24,000 nt of DNA from an uncultured Candidatus Saccharibacteria bacterium. Lineage in GTDB: Bacteria > Patescibacteriota > Saccharimonadia > Saccharimonadales > CAYTTW01. Under the pieces are notes generated by a model. It had not been told where the DNA came from and searched no databases. It was given only the letters and a program-made list of their open reading frames with translations. Of the stretch, positions 13,601 to 22,036 are shown in pieces (the first letter of the stretch is position 1; the number at the start of each line of letters is the position of its first letter). The stretch is taken from contig CAYTTW010000002.1 of NCBI GenBank assembly GCA_964441005.1, positions 7,082 to 31,081 on the forward strand, written 5' to 3'. A program made the position numbers and the translations under genes.

Positions 13601-13796
13601 CTTTGACGATGCTACTCAGTAACGTGCCGTGGTGAGGAACACCAGTAATAAACGGTGGCCCATCATAAAAAACATAACCGTTCTCTTTGGGCCGCTGGTC
13701 AACTGACTTTTCAAACGTTCTCTGCTCGCGCCAATACCGCACTAAGTCTTTTTCGTACTCAAGTGCCGGACGTCGGGTATTTTTTTGAAACTTCAT
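10680..13796 (-). CDS. ileS: Isoleucyl-tRNA synthetase, eukaryote-like type 2
   Basis: 1,038 aa. GPPFITGVPHHGTLL (HIGH-type motif), WGWDCHGLPAE, KMSKSYGNY and NWFVRRSRRRFW are present. AGGAGG lies 5 nt upstream of the ATG. Confidence 0.95.
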   Translation of the reverse strand: MKFQKNTRRPALEYEKDLVRYWREQRTFEKSVDQRPKENGYVFYDGPPFITGVPHHGTLLSSIVKDAVPRYWTMKGKRVERVWGWDCHGLPAEVYTEKKLGIKDKTEIGTKISLEDYIKACRDNMVLTGNLWEDTIARIGRWVDFQGAYKTMDKPYMESVWWAFKQLFDKGKIYEGEKVLLYCTRDETPLAKAEIAMDNSYQEDTDPSVYVKFKLVGEAKYLLAWTTTPWTLPSNSAIAINKEVEYAEVDVDGTTLILAKELLERVLTDEKHNVVPFKIIRTFQGSELVGKSYEPLFDTYKDVGDTAFKVWHADFVHTEEGTGIAHESPAYGEDDYLLAQRHKIPMFIDTDEKGLYTKGEWKGQLVWDINKEIARTLHQRGVVWKIEYITHPYPHCHRCNTKLMYRAHPSWFMDIEGQRSTMLSKNEPITWFPAHIKHGRFEKTVENAPDWNLSRDRFWATAMPIWKAVDREGKEHVKVIGSYAELKELSGVELEDYHRPWIDDVTFTIDGLEYKRIDKVMDSWFEAGSMPFAQFHYPFENREKFEQSFPGDFIAEYVAQVRAWFYYLHAVGVGLFDNNSFKNVIVTGTIAGNDGRKMSKSYGNYTDPNELMDEYSADALRFLLLSSPLLNGEDYSLQDKDVADVFRKLNMVWNMYDFFTLYASVDGWEWDGTLDDPLKTLSNPLDRWIISRVHSLTAEVQKSMDSYDIPNALKPVLPFLDDASNWFVRRSRRRFWKPWSMHRADQSSGQATRLDDTSGAGSGLSSPMLSSSSSPTPTSASRGEDHSDAQMQAQGHPIFDSDKDDAYRTLHYVLVRLSMILAPFTPFMAEELYRKLTGGESVHLLDWPPSGEVDKDLLYQMAAIRHVVAIGLGLRAEQGVKVRQPLAKATLRGTYKDFPADLLEIVKDELNVKELVIDEKHVDPEKTFGQNWEEHNFAQLYQIEIDFNVTEELREEGIMRELVRSVQNARKQAGLNVEDRIALLIETDSIEIQQAIENHQATILSETLTEEFGEVSADAYRTTVKVEGLEVKIAVAKV

Positions 13797-13805
13797 TTCT
13801 GCCTC

Positions 13806-14010
13806 CTAAAAAACAAAAAGTCCCTGTAGCGTAGGATCCGGCTGTTGCCGAAGGTACCATCCTACTTGGGACTCATTTAGCGCTGTAACGGGCGGACCCG
13901 GCAAGATTTACTGATCCGAAACTACGGACGTTCTGCTTGCTCCTCGTGGTAGATAGCCACTGATAACGGATTTCCCAAATTGTCCTACACAGTGTAACAG
14001 ATGAGCCAAA
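13806..14010 (-). promoter_or_regulatory. T-box leader (tRNA-sensing riboswitch) upstream of ileS
   Basis: Minus-strand AAGTAGGATGGTACC (13867-13853) matches the conserved T-box AANNNGGGTGGNACC. It overlaps the 5' arm of a terminator hairpin. Several ATC (Ile) triplets lie in the upstream stem region (e.g. GTTATCAG, AAATCTT). The ileS context is typical for T-boxes. Confidence 0.6.
13808..13872 (-). terminator. Intrinsic terminator of the ileS T-box leader
   Basis: Minus strand GTCCC-AAG-TAGGAT...ATCCTA-CGCTACA-GGGAC is followed by TTTTTGTTTTTT, which sits directly before the AGGAGG RBS. Confidence 0.6.
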
Positions 14011-14024
14011 GCTTGGTAAATACT

Positions 14025-14053
14025 TTGACAAGAGTGAGGTTTTATGCTAAAAT
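14025..14053 (+). promoter_or_regulatory. Candidate promoter giving a leaderless mRNA for the 14060 ORF
   Basis: TTGACA (14025-14030), 17 nt spacer, TAAAAT (14048-14053), then 6 nt and the ATG at 14060. There is no Shine-Dalgarno sequence. Confidence 0.45.
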
Positions 14054-14080
14054 TATACTATGCTTAGAAAATCCAGTCAT
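14052..14080 (-). promoter_or_regulatory. Candidate promoter for the ileS leader
   Basis: Minus strand ATGACT (14080-14075), 17 nt spacer, TATAAT (14057-14052). Confidence 0.35.
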
Positions 14081-14644
14081 CGGCAGGCACCAGCACATCA
14101 GCAAGAGCTTCACCCAACCCCTGATACTCGGCAAGTAGCAATTGATGAGGCTACGAGTCGGTACCGCAACTTAGCGGCCAAAGCTGGTAGTGAGGCTGCC
14201 AAAAGAGTCTTTGAGGCCAAGGCCGCTGAAGCGGCCGCAAACGCCAGCAAAGCTTATGAAGCCGCGCAGGCTTTTACGGCCGAACACCTACCCGGTGTGC
14301 TCCACAACCTGACGCGTTTCCAGGAACAAAAGCAACCGGTGGGTCTTATTCTCACGCTCGATGAACCCATCACACAAGATCTCGTGCAAGCCACTCGGGA
14401 GGCAGCTGGCGTTGACCCCGAGCAGCTAAAGCAGTTTGTGGGTAAAGTTATCCTGCCCGAGTTCTTAATGCCAACCCTTAATATTAGCAGTCCAGAGGTT
14501 AATGCCTACAGAGTCATTGATGGCCCCATGGCTATGGGTGGCATTCTGCGCGAGGTGGCTATTCACTTTAGTAACCACGCGGTAAGTCCACCCGTCGAGT
14601 ACAACCAAATGGTTTTGCTAGCCCTACCCGAACAACAGGGCTAA
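14060..14644 (+). CDS. Hypothetical protein (194 aa), Ala/Glu-rich helical N-terminal half
   Basis: Track ORF. It is the only long ORF in this interval. I recognised no family and saw no signal peptide. Confidence 0.6.
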   Translation: MLRKSSHRQAPAHQQELHPTPDTRQVAIDEATSRYRNLAAKAGSEAAKRVFEAKAAEAAANASKAYEAAQAFTAEHLPGVLHNLTRFQEQKQPVGLILTLDEPITQDLVQATREAAGVDPEQLKQFVGKVILPEFLMPTLNISSPEVNAYRVIDGPMAMGGILREVAIHFSNHAVSPPVEYNQMVLLALPEQQG

Positions 14645-14648
14645 GTAA

Positions 14649-14951
14649 TTACTGCTCTTCAGCTATGGGTTGTTCTTGAGTATTACTAGAGCCAGCATAA
14701 GCTGCCACTTCATCCATCAAGGGTAGCGGTTCACCTTCCCACTGATTCAGCACCTGCCCATCACTTCTGAGGGCCAGAATAGCCGGATACTGAACCACGC
14801 CATAGAGATTAGCTGCATCAGCTCCTGCTTGGGTTTCGAGGTCTAGGAGTTCCACGGTGCTTTCTGGTGAGCGCCGTTGAAAGTGGCGCACATAGTCTTC
14901 AACCACACGCGTATGCTCAGAGTTGGCATGGTACAGAATAACCACTTTCAT
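14649..14951 (-). CDS. Thioredoxin-fold protein lacking the CxxC motif (100 aa)
   Basis: MKVVILYHANSEHTRVVEDYV...GVVQYPAILALRSDGQVL shows a beta1-alpha1 start and a cis-Pro-type YPA loop as in Trx/Grx/NrdH, but the protein has no cysteine. Confidence 0.6.
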   Translation of the reverse strand: MKVVILYHANSEHTRVVEDYVRHFQRRSPESTVELLDLETQAGADAANLYGVVQYPAILALRSDGQVLNQWEGEPLPLMDEVAAYAGSSNTQEQPIAEEQ

Positions 14952-14996
14952 GTAGAGCTTATTGTAGCAGCTATACGCTTTACTTGCCTATCGGTG

Positions 14997-17768
14997 CTAA
15001 CTGCAGCCCGTCGTTGAACCACAACTGGTGCAGACGTAACACGAGCCGGCTCGCTGGGTCTGGTTACCGCAGTTGTAGCACATCGGGGCCGTATCATCTT
15101 TTTTGACAGTCACACTGGGCTTTGGCACCGCAGCAGCCACAACTACTGGTTCCGGTACCTTGGCTGGTTCGGTAGAAGCCTGGGGCTCCTCAGCGATAGC
15201 AAGGTCGCCCTCACCTAGTAAACTGGTCTGTGCTTCCGGCATATCATCGATGGAGGCCAAGCCTAATTCCAGGCGGTCATCAAACGATAGATAGGACAAA
15301 GCCAGACGCCGGAAGATGTAGTCCGTAATTGAACTCGCTGTGCGGATTTGTGGATCGTCCGTAATTCCGGCTGGTGCAAAGCTAGTGCTCATAAAAGCAC
15401 TGACGTACGTCTTAAGCGGCACACCATATTGCAAACCATGGCTCACGGAGATGGCAAAAGCATCCATTATGCCTCGCAAGGTAGACCCATGCTTTGAGAA
15501 GTTAATAAATACTTCTCCAGGCGTACCATCTTCGTACTCGCCAACCGTCACATAACCTTTTGAATCGGCGACCTTGAAGGCAAATGTCTTGGAATTACGC
15601 ACTTTTGGTAGGCTCCGCCGCACGGCCCCTTTCACGATGATTCTGTCATTAACTTCATCAACTGAAGTCGGTTTAGTCTGGTCACCATCTTTCTTGGCCA
15701 TCGAAAGCGGCTGGGCGACCTTGCAGTTATCGCGGTAGATAGCCACTGCTTTGAGACCCATTTGCCAAGCGTCAATATGAAGTTGTTCAATCTCTTCAAC
15801 GGTTGCCTCTTCCGGCATATTCACGGTTTTGCTAATGGCACCGGAAATAAATGGTTGTACTGCTGACATCATCTTTACATGGCCAAGATAATGAATAGAG
15901 TTGTCCCCCATGGAGCACGCAAAGACGTTTTCATGGTCTTTTTTGAGGTGAGGTGCTCCAAGTATAGTTTTTTCAACATCAATGTAATTGACAATGTCAT
16001 CAACTTGGGCCGGCGTATAGCCGAGTACTTTAAGTGCTCGCGGCACCGTTTGGTTGACAATACTCATAGTGCCACCGCCAACTAACTTTTTAACTTTGAC
16101 GAGGCCGAGATCGGGCTCGATGCCTGTGGTATCGCAGTCCATCATCAGACCAATCGTGCCGGTCGGGGCGAGTACACTGGCTTGAGAGTTGCGCACGCCG
16201 TATAGCTGTCCCAGCTCGACGGCTTCGTCCCAGGAGGCAGCCGCCGCACTCAGTAGCTCCTCTGATACCAGGCTGGCATCAATTTTAGAGACTTCTTCGC
16301 GGTGCATCTTTAGCACATTAATCATGCCTTCGCGGTCTTTGTGATAGCCGGCAAATGGGCCCATCCGCCGGGCAATTTTGGCACTAGTAGCGTAGGCGTG
16401 GCCAGTAATAAGAGCTGTGATAGCCGCAGCCTGGGCACGACCTTCGTCGGAATCATACGGTAGCCCCTGGGCCATTAATAGAGCCCCGAGATTCGCGTAG
16501 CCCAAGCCCAATTCGCGATAGGCTTTGGCATTCTTAGTAATGTTCTCAGTAGGATATTCGGAGTAGCCCACTAAAATTTCCTGAGCCGTAAAGACCAGTT
16601 CCACGGTGTGCTTAAAGCTCTCAATATCAAACGAACCGTCGTTGTTTAAGTACCTGAGTAAGTTAATAGAGGCTAAGTTACACGCCGAGTTATCGAGGTG
16701 CATGTACTCACTACAGGGGTTGGAGGCGTTAATCCGCCCCGCTACTGGGCAAGTGTGCCAGCGATTAATGGTGGTATCAAACTGCATACCCGGATCCGCA
16801 CACTCCCACGCGGCTTCAGCAATTTGCCGAAACAACTCACGCGCTTTGACCGTTTTGACCGGTTGCCCGGTCTTCACGGCTCTCAGTTGCCAATCTTTAT
16901 TATCCAACACGGCTTGCATAAACTCATCTGTTACACGAACAGAGTTGTTGGCATTCTGGTACTGGATGGAGTGAATATCTTTACCATCGAGCGTCATATC
17001 GTAGCCAGCGGTCTCTAAGACACGCGCCTTGCGCTCCTCAATGGCCTTGCACCAAATAAAGTCTTCGACATCGGGATGATCAGCGTTCAGGATCACCATC
17101 TTAGCGGCCCGGCGGGTTTTACCGCCACTTTTGATCGCCCCGGCCGAGGAGTCGGCACCCCGCATGAAGCTCAAGGGCCCAGAGGCTGTACCAGCACTCT
17201 TACCAAGCGCCTCTACCGATGAACGGATGGTGCTCACGTTAATTCCAGAGCCAGACCCACCCTTGAAGATCATACCCTCTTCTTTATACCAGTTAAGAAT
17301 AGACGGCATGGTGTCATCAACCGCCAGAATAAAACAGGCACTGGCCTGTTGCGAGCGCTGGGGCGCGCCGATATTGAACCAGACCGGCGAATTAAAGGCC
17401 GCTCGTTGGGTTGCACAAACATATTTTAATTCTTCACGGAAATCTTCGGCTTCGGCCTCGGTTTCAAAATAGCCTTCTTGCAAACCTTGGCGAGTAACGG
17501 TATCAACCACTCGATCAACCAGGTCGCGTAGGGATTGCTCGCGGTCGGGTTCGCCGGGTGTCCCGGTAAAGTACTTTTGCGCCACGATATTAATGGCGTT
17601 GAGCGACCAACCCTCTGGGAATTCGACATCTTTTTGTTCGAACACTGGTTTGCCGGTGGCCGGATTCATAATCACTGAATCGCGTTTGTGCCACGTCAAT
17701 TGATCATAGGCCTTAGTTTTGGCCGGCGTAAAGCGCCGGGCTACCCCCAAATTTGTTGTTTGTGCCAT
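14997..17768 (-). CDS. nrdJ: Adenosylcobalamin-dependent (class II) ribonucleotide reductase
   Basis: 923 aa. SNPCSEYMHLDNSACNLASINL active-site loop and a C-terminal CYNCGNQTQRAGSCYVCTSCGSTTGCS Cys-rich tail. GAGGG RBS. Confidence 0.9.
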   Translation of the reverse strand: MAQTTNLGVARRFTPAKTKAYDQLTWHKRDSVIMNPATGKPVFEQKDVEFPEGWSLNAINIVAQKYFTGTPGEPDREQSLRDLVDRVVDTVTRQGLQEGYFETEAEAEDFREELKYVCATQRAAFNSPVWFNIGAPQRSQQASACFILAVDDTMPSILNWYKEEGMIFKGGSGSGINVSTIRSSVEALGKSAGTASGPLSFMRGADSSAGAIKSGGKTRRAAKMVILNADHPDVEDFIWCKAIEERKARVLETAGYDMTLDGKDIHSIQYQNANNSVRVTDEFMQAVLDNKDWQLRAVKTGQPVKTVKARELFRQIAEAAWECADPGMQFDTTINRWHTCPVAGRINASNPCSEYMHLDNSACNLASINLLRYLNNDGSFDIESFKHTVELVFTAQEILVGYSEYPTENITKNAKAYRELGLGYANLGALLMAQGLPYDSDEGRAQAAAITALITGHAYATSAKIARRMGPFAGYHKDREGMINVLKMHREEVSKIDASLVSEELLSAAAASWDEAVELGQLYGVRNSQASVLAPTGTIGLMMDCDTTGIEPDLGLVKVKKLVGGGTMSIVNQTVPRALKVLGYTPAQVDDIVNYIDVEKTILGAPHLKKDHENVFACSMGDNSIHYLGHVKMMSAVQPFISGAISKTVNMPEEATVEEIEQLHIDAWQMGLKAVAIYRDNCKVAQPLSMAKKDGDQTKPTSVDEVNDRIIVKGAVRRSLPKVRNSKTFAFKVADSKGYVTVGEYEDGTPGEVFINFSKHGSTLRGIMDAFAISVSHGLQYGVPLKTYVSAFMSTSFAPAGITDDPQIRTASSITDYIFRRLALSYLSFDDRLELGLASIDDMPEAQTSLLGEGDLAIAEEPQASTEPAKVPEPVVVAAAVPKPSVTVKKDDTAPMCYNCGNQTQRAGSCYVCTSCGSTTGCS

Positions 17769-17815
17769 TTACGGAACCCTCACTTTTCTCCCACTCACAC
17801 TGGTGAGCTTTAATT

Positions 17816-18313
17816 TTATACTTTTACTTTTGAAGAGTGAACTTTTTTTGGCTGATCAGACCGTCTTTCCCGGATCTGGGACAGCTCTTTTTCGAACCCG
17901 GTGATGTCTTTAAAGTTTCGATAGACGCTGGCAAATCGGACGTACGCCACTTCATTGAGGGCGGCCAACTGTTCCATGACTAGTTGACCAATCTTAGAAG
18001 ACGACACTTCAGATTCACCACAGGCGTACAATTGCTCTTCGACATCCGAGACTAATCGATCAAGCTGGACACTGGTTACGGGAGTCTTTTCACAGGCCCG
18101 AAAGAGCCCGGCGAGCAGCTTATCCCGGTTAAACAACTCACGATTACCATTTTTCTTAATAATAATGAGCTGAGGCCGTTCTAGGCGTTCATAGGTAGTA
18201 AACCGGTATTCACAGGCTGTACATACCCGGCGTCGCCGTATGGCTTCGCCTTCCGCCACATCGCGTGACTCAATAACTTTGGTATCAGCTTGGTGACAAC
18301 GACTACATCTCAT
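17816..18313 (-). CDS. nrdR: Transcriptional repressor NrdR (Zn ribbon + ATP-cone)
   Basis: MRCSRCHQADTKVIESRDV...RRRRVCTACEYRFTTYERLE followed by an ATP-cone-like region. GGAGG RBS. It lies 47 nt upstream of nrdJ. Confidence 0.9.
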   Translation of the reverse strand: MRCSRCHQADTKVIESRDVAEGEAIRRRRVCTACEYRFTTYERLERPQLIIIKKNGNRELFNRDKLLAGLFRACEKTPVTSVQLDRLVSDVEEQLYACGESEVSSSKIGQLVMEQLAALNEVAYVRFASVYRNFKDITGFEKELSQIRERRSDQPKKVHSSKVKV

Positions 18314-18427
18314 TGCACCTCCTTAACTCTTAGTTTCTGAAAGGACAAGCGCCATGTGTGGTTAGCTAATTGGTTGTCCTCCTGCCGAATTCCTGGCAAC
18401 TTGCCTGAGTGGTTCAGAGAACACCTA

Positions 18428-18443
18428 TCCCCACATATAGCGC
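18428..18443 (-). promoter_or_regulatory. Candidate NrdR box
   Basis: Plus strand TCCCCACATATAGCGC matches ~10-11 of 16 positions of the remembered NrdR-box consensus acaCwAtATaTwGtgt. It lies just downstream of the candidate -10. A weaker second site lies at 18459-18474, 31 bp centre to centre. Confidence 0.3.
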
Positions 18444-18454
18444 CTATGCTTTAG

Positions 18455-18483
18455 ATAATAGCTCTATACCTGGGGCTTTTCAA
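18455..18483 (-). promoter_or_regulatory. Candidate nrdR-nrdJ promoter
   Basis: Minus strand TTGAAA (18483-18478), 17 nt spacer, TATTAT (18460-18455). Confidence 0.45.
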
Positions 18484-18586
18484 GACAATTTGCGGTGTAT
18501 TATTTACGCTAAAATGAGACAAATCAAAGGGTTATTTCGTTATGCTAAGGAGGAGGCGGTGTTTTAGCGGATGGTGCTTTTGCTTC

Positions 18587-19888
18587 TTACTCGTTGCTAT
18601 CGTCACTATTTTCGTTTTTGCTTTTCTCATCATCGTGACGACGCTTTTTGAAGCGGCGTAAGAATGATGGTTTTTCGAGCTCTTGCTCGAGTTCCTTCTC
18701 GGGGCCGGTGACAACTTTTGACTCTACGTTTTCGTCTTCATCGGGCTGATCGAGAGCCCAAATATTGGGTACGGTCGGCTCGGCGTGGAAATCTTCGGCG
18801 CCAATCGTGTCCTCTTCGGCGGTATCGAGTGTCATGTCAATGTCGGACATGTCCTTCTCATCGGTCTTGCCCTCTTCTTCGACTACCGGTGTTGTGACGG
18901 CTGTTGAGGGGGTCGCCGCTCGATTGGCAAAATACGCCGCATCAAAACCGGTGGCAACTACAGTAATAATCATCTCCCCTTCAAGATCGGGGTTAATGGT
19001 CGCACCAAAAATAATGTTGGCCTCAGGATCGGCGGCGGCCGTAATGGTCTCCGCGGCGGTGTTGATCTCATGCATGGCAAGATCTGAGCCGCCAATCACA
19101 TTAAAGAGAATGCCGCGGGCACCATCGATGGAAACTTCCAAAAGTGGTGATTCAATCGCCTGCTGAGCGGCCTGGATGGCGCGGTTTTCACCGCTAGCGC
19201 GGCCAATGCCCATGAGAGCTGAACCAGCGCTACTCATGACGGCGCGAACGTCAGCAAAGTCGAGATTAACCAACCCGTGGACCGTAATAAGGTCAGAAAT
19301 GCCCTGCACCCCTTGGCGTAGGACATCATCGGCCACCTTAAACGCCTCGAGCAGCGGTGTTTGGCGATCAATCGTCTGGAGCAAACGATCATTGGGAATG
19401 ATAATTAAGGTATCGACGGCATTACGTAGCTTACTAATAGCCATATCGGCATTTTGACGGCGTTTTTCACCTTCAAAAGCAAATGGCTTGGTAGCAAAGC
19501 CCACAACGAGGGCATTAACATCTTTGGCCACCTGGGCCACAATTGGACCCGCACCACTACCCGTGCCACCGCCGGCACCAAGTGTTACAAAGATCATATC
19601 GGCGCCTTCGAGCGCTTGGCGAATATCATCCCTCGATTCATCGGCAGCCTTGCCGCCAACTGACGGATCGGCCCCGGCCCCAAGGCCCCGGGTGGTGTCT
19701 TTCCCAATGTGTATTTTCGTATGAGCCCGGGAGTGATGGAGGGCTTGAGCATCTGTATTAATGGCCACAAATTCGACGCCCTCTACCCCAGCTTCTACCA
19801 TCCGGTTGATGGCTGCCCCACCAGCGCCTCCGACACCAACTACTTTAATTCGAGCAAACGTTTCGATGGCAGGTGCAACTTGCGGCAT
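18587..19888 (-). CDS. ftsZ: Cell division GTPase FtsZ
   Basis: 433 aa. [10 protein letters not shown] tubulin signature, NTDAQAL, and a C-terminal PSFLRRF peptide. Confidence 0.95.
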   Translation of the reverse strand: MPQVAPAIETFARIKVVGVGGAGGAAINRMVEAGVEGVEFVAINTDAQALHHSRAHTKIHIGKDTTRGLGAGADPSVGGKAADESRDDIRQALEGADMIFVTLGAGGGTGSGAGPIVAQVAKDVNALVVGFATKPFAFEGEKRRQNADMAISKLRNAVDTLIIIPNDRLLQTIDRQTPLLEAFKVADDVLRQGVQGISDLITVHGLVNLDFADVRAVMSSAGSALMGIGRASGENRAIQAAQQAIESPLLEVSIDGARGILFNVIGGSDLAMHEINTAAETITAAADPEANIIFGATINPDLEGEMIITVVATGFDAAYFANRAATPSTAVTTPVVEEEGKTDEKDMSDIDMTLDTAEEDTIGAEDFHAEPTVPNIWALDQPDEDENVESKVVTGPEKELEQELEKPSFLRRFKKRRHDDEKSKNENSDDSNE

Positions 19889-20008
19889 AAATACCCCTTT
19901 TAACTCCCTTAACTTCCAGAATACTCGCAGTATACCCTGCAGGGCCCTTAATGAGCAACTCCCTTACCCTAAATCATGGGCAATTAGCTTGAATAAATTC
20001 TGTGAACA

Positions 20009-21238
20009 TTAGCGACGAAAACGACGTAGTAGGCCATCAACAAAACCGAATACATTGTGATTGGGCTGCCCCATTTCTTGAGGTAGACCTGAAGACAAAA
20101 GTAGCATGTCCAGGATCATAAGACCGGCAGCCGTAGCATACGCTGGGTCTTCAACCGTATCCACCAGGCCACCAAGTGGCTGTAACTTACCTACCCGCGC
20201 AGCAAGCTGTAACTTCTCCTTGGCCAAATCGGCAATCCCTGGCAGCTTGGCGGTACCACCCACGAGGACTGCTCCACCTGGTAACTTACGAGAGCGTTGG
20301 ATTTTCTTGAGTTCTTTATCAACATATTCAAACAATTCCTCAACGCGCGCCTCAACAATCATGTAGACATCACTGGCCTCAAAGGTATGGGGTTTCCCAC
20401 CGACGCTAACGGTGACTGTTCCTTTCTTAGCCTTACCCATAACCTGGGCGTGCTCCAGTTTAACAGCCTCGGCAACGTCAAGATCGGTCTTAAGACCAAT
20501 TGCTAGATCATTGGTCAGATGAAGGCCACCGATGGGCAGAACCGCCACGTGCTGAACCTCGCCATCTTCCACTACCACGACGTTGGTCGTGCCCGCACCA
20601 ATGTCCAGGAGCACCGTACCAGCTTCCTTTTGTTGACGACTCAGCACGGCTTCGGCGGCAGCCAGACTAGAGACGGTGTGGTGTGACGGTGTTACGTGGG
20701 CTCGCTCCAAGACCATATCCAGGCTACGCAAATTAGGAGTAGCTGCCGTCACAATGTGTGTATCAACCTCTAGACGTACGCCGTGCATGCCAACGGGATC
20801 TTTAATATTATCTTGGCCGTCAAGGCGATAATTTTTAGCAAAAACTTGGATAATTTCACGGTTAGGTGGCAATTGTACAATGGTCGCTGCTTCTTCCACG
20901 CGCAGGCGATCCTGGGGAGTAATTTCGCGGTTAGCAGCACTAATGGCAATCACTCCTCGGGAATTCATGCCACTAATATGGATGCCATTGACGTTCACGG
21001 TGGCGGCTGGAATTGGCACACCTGAGACGCGTTCGGCCTCGGCCATGGCGTTGACGACCGCTTCAACGACATCATCAACGTGCACTACTACGCCCTTGCG
21101 CATACCACTATTAACAGCACTCCCGTGACCAATGATCGCCGGTTTACCATCAGTGCCGTCAAGCATACCTACAATGCAACGAACCGCACTCGTACCAATA
21201 TCCAGCCCAAAATAATGGGACACTGGAGTTTCACGCAT
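20009..21238 (-). CDS. ftsA: Cell division protein FtsA (actin-like ATPase)
   Basis: 409 aa. GLDIGTSAVR and LLDIGAGTTNVVV phosphate-binding motifs. It lies immediately upstream of ftsZ. Confidence 0.9.
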   Translation of the reverse strand: MRETPVSHYFGLDIGTSAVRCIVGMLDGTDGKPAIIGHGSAVNSGMRKGVVVHVDDVVEAVVNAMAEAERVSGVPIPAATVNVNGIHISGMNSRGVIAISAANREITPQDRLRVEEAATIVQLPPNREIIQVFAKNYRLDGQDNIKDPVGMHGVRLEVDTHIVTAATPNLRSLDMVLERAHVTPSHHTVSSLAAAEAVLSRQQKEAGTVLLDIGAGTTNVVVVEDGEVQHVAVLPIGGLHLTNDLAIGLKTDLDVAEAVKLEHAQVMGKAKKGTVTVSVGGKPHTFEASDVYMIVEARVEELFEYVDKELKKIQRSRKLPGGAVLVGGTAKLPGIADLAKEKLQLAARVGKLQPLGGLVDTVEDPAYATAAGLMILDMLLLSSGLPQEMGQPNHNVFGFVDGLLRRFRR

Positions 21239-21286
21239 GGTGGCAGTATACCATATGCATTTTTAGTAATTGGCGGGCTCTAACGC

Positions 21287-22036
21287 CTAGAGTGATGTCA
21301 GGATTTCACAGCCGGAATTGGTCACTACAACCGTGGCTTCAAACTGCGCCGACCAGCTCCCATCCTTGGTCCACAGTGTCCAGCCGTCGGGATCTTGGAC
21401 AATGTCGTGACCGCCAAGAGTAGCAATTGGCTCAATCGCAATGGTCATGCCGCTACGCAGCACGGGGCCTTCGTGACGCTGACCATAATTAGGAATATTT
21501 GGATCCTCGTGCAAGCTATCTCCCACGCCATGGCCAACCAGCTCTCTGACAATACCCAGTTGATAGCGTTTTAGGACCGCTTCAATGGCGGCAGAAACCT
21601 CCCCAACCCGGCGGCCACTTTTCACCTTGGCCAGCCCAGCCGACAAGGCGGCCTTGGTGCCCTCGAGTAGACGCTGAGCGTCATCGCTAATGTCACCAAC
21701 GCCAATGGTCACCCCCGCATCGGTAATTAAGCCACGGTGTTCCACGCCAAAATCATAATTAACGACGTCTCCATCCTGGAGCGGCTGATCGGTAGGAATG
21801 CTGTGCTGAACTTGATTATTAACCGAAATACAAATGACGTCTGGATAGCCCATGTAGCCTTTAAAGGCGGGGCGACCGCCGAGGGCCTTGAGTTCTTGAA
21901 GGGCCAGGGCTGACATATCCCGCGGTGTCAGGCCCGGTTTCGTTTTGTCAGTTAGTAGCTTCAACACGGCGGCTAGCATGTGGCCCCCCTCGCGCATTGC
22001 CGCAATTTCGTTCGCGCTTTTAACCCGTGTGAGCAT
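21287..22036 (-). CDS. map: Methionine aminopeptidase, type I
   Basis: 249 aa. EIAAMREGGHML, VNYDFGVEHRGLITD, VGHGVGDSLHE and IAIEP are pita-bread-fold metal-ligand contexts. Confidence 0.9.
   Translation of the reverse strand: MLTRVKSANEIAAMREGGHMLAAVLKLLTDKTKPGLTPRDMSALALQELKALGGRPAFKGYMGYPDVICISVNNQVQHSIPTDQPLQDGDVVNYDFGVEHRGLITDAGVTIGVGDISDDAQRLLEGTKAALSAGLAKVKSGRRVGEVSAAIEAVLKRYQLGIVRELVGHGVGDSLHEDPNIPNYGQRHEGPVLRSGMTIAIEPIATLGGHDIVQDPDGWTLWTKDGSWSAQFEATVVVTNSGCEILTSL

Noticed and set aside
11339-21283. Track ORFs nested in or antisense to ileS, nrdJ, nrdR, ftsZ, ftsA and map (e.g. 11339-11677, 12573-12935, 16606-16974, 18765-19166, 20106-20366)
   Set aside because: They are fully overlapped by long ORFs with clear family signatures, and I recognised no motifs in them. 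They are typical shadow ORFs.
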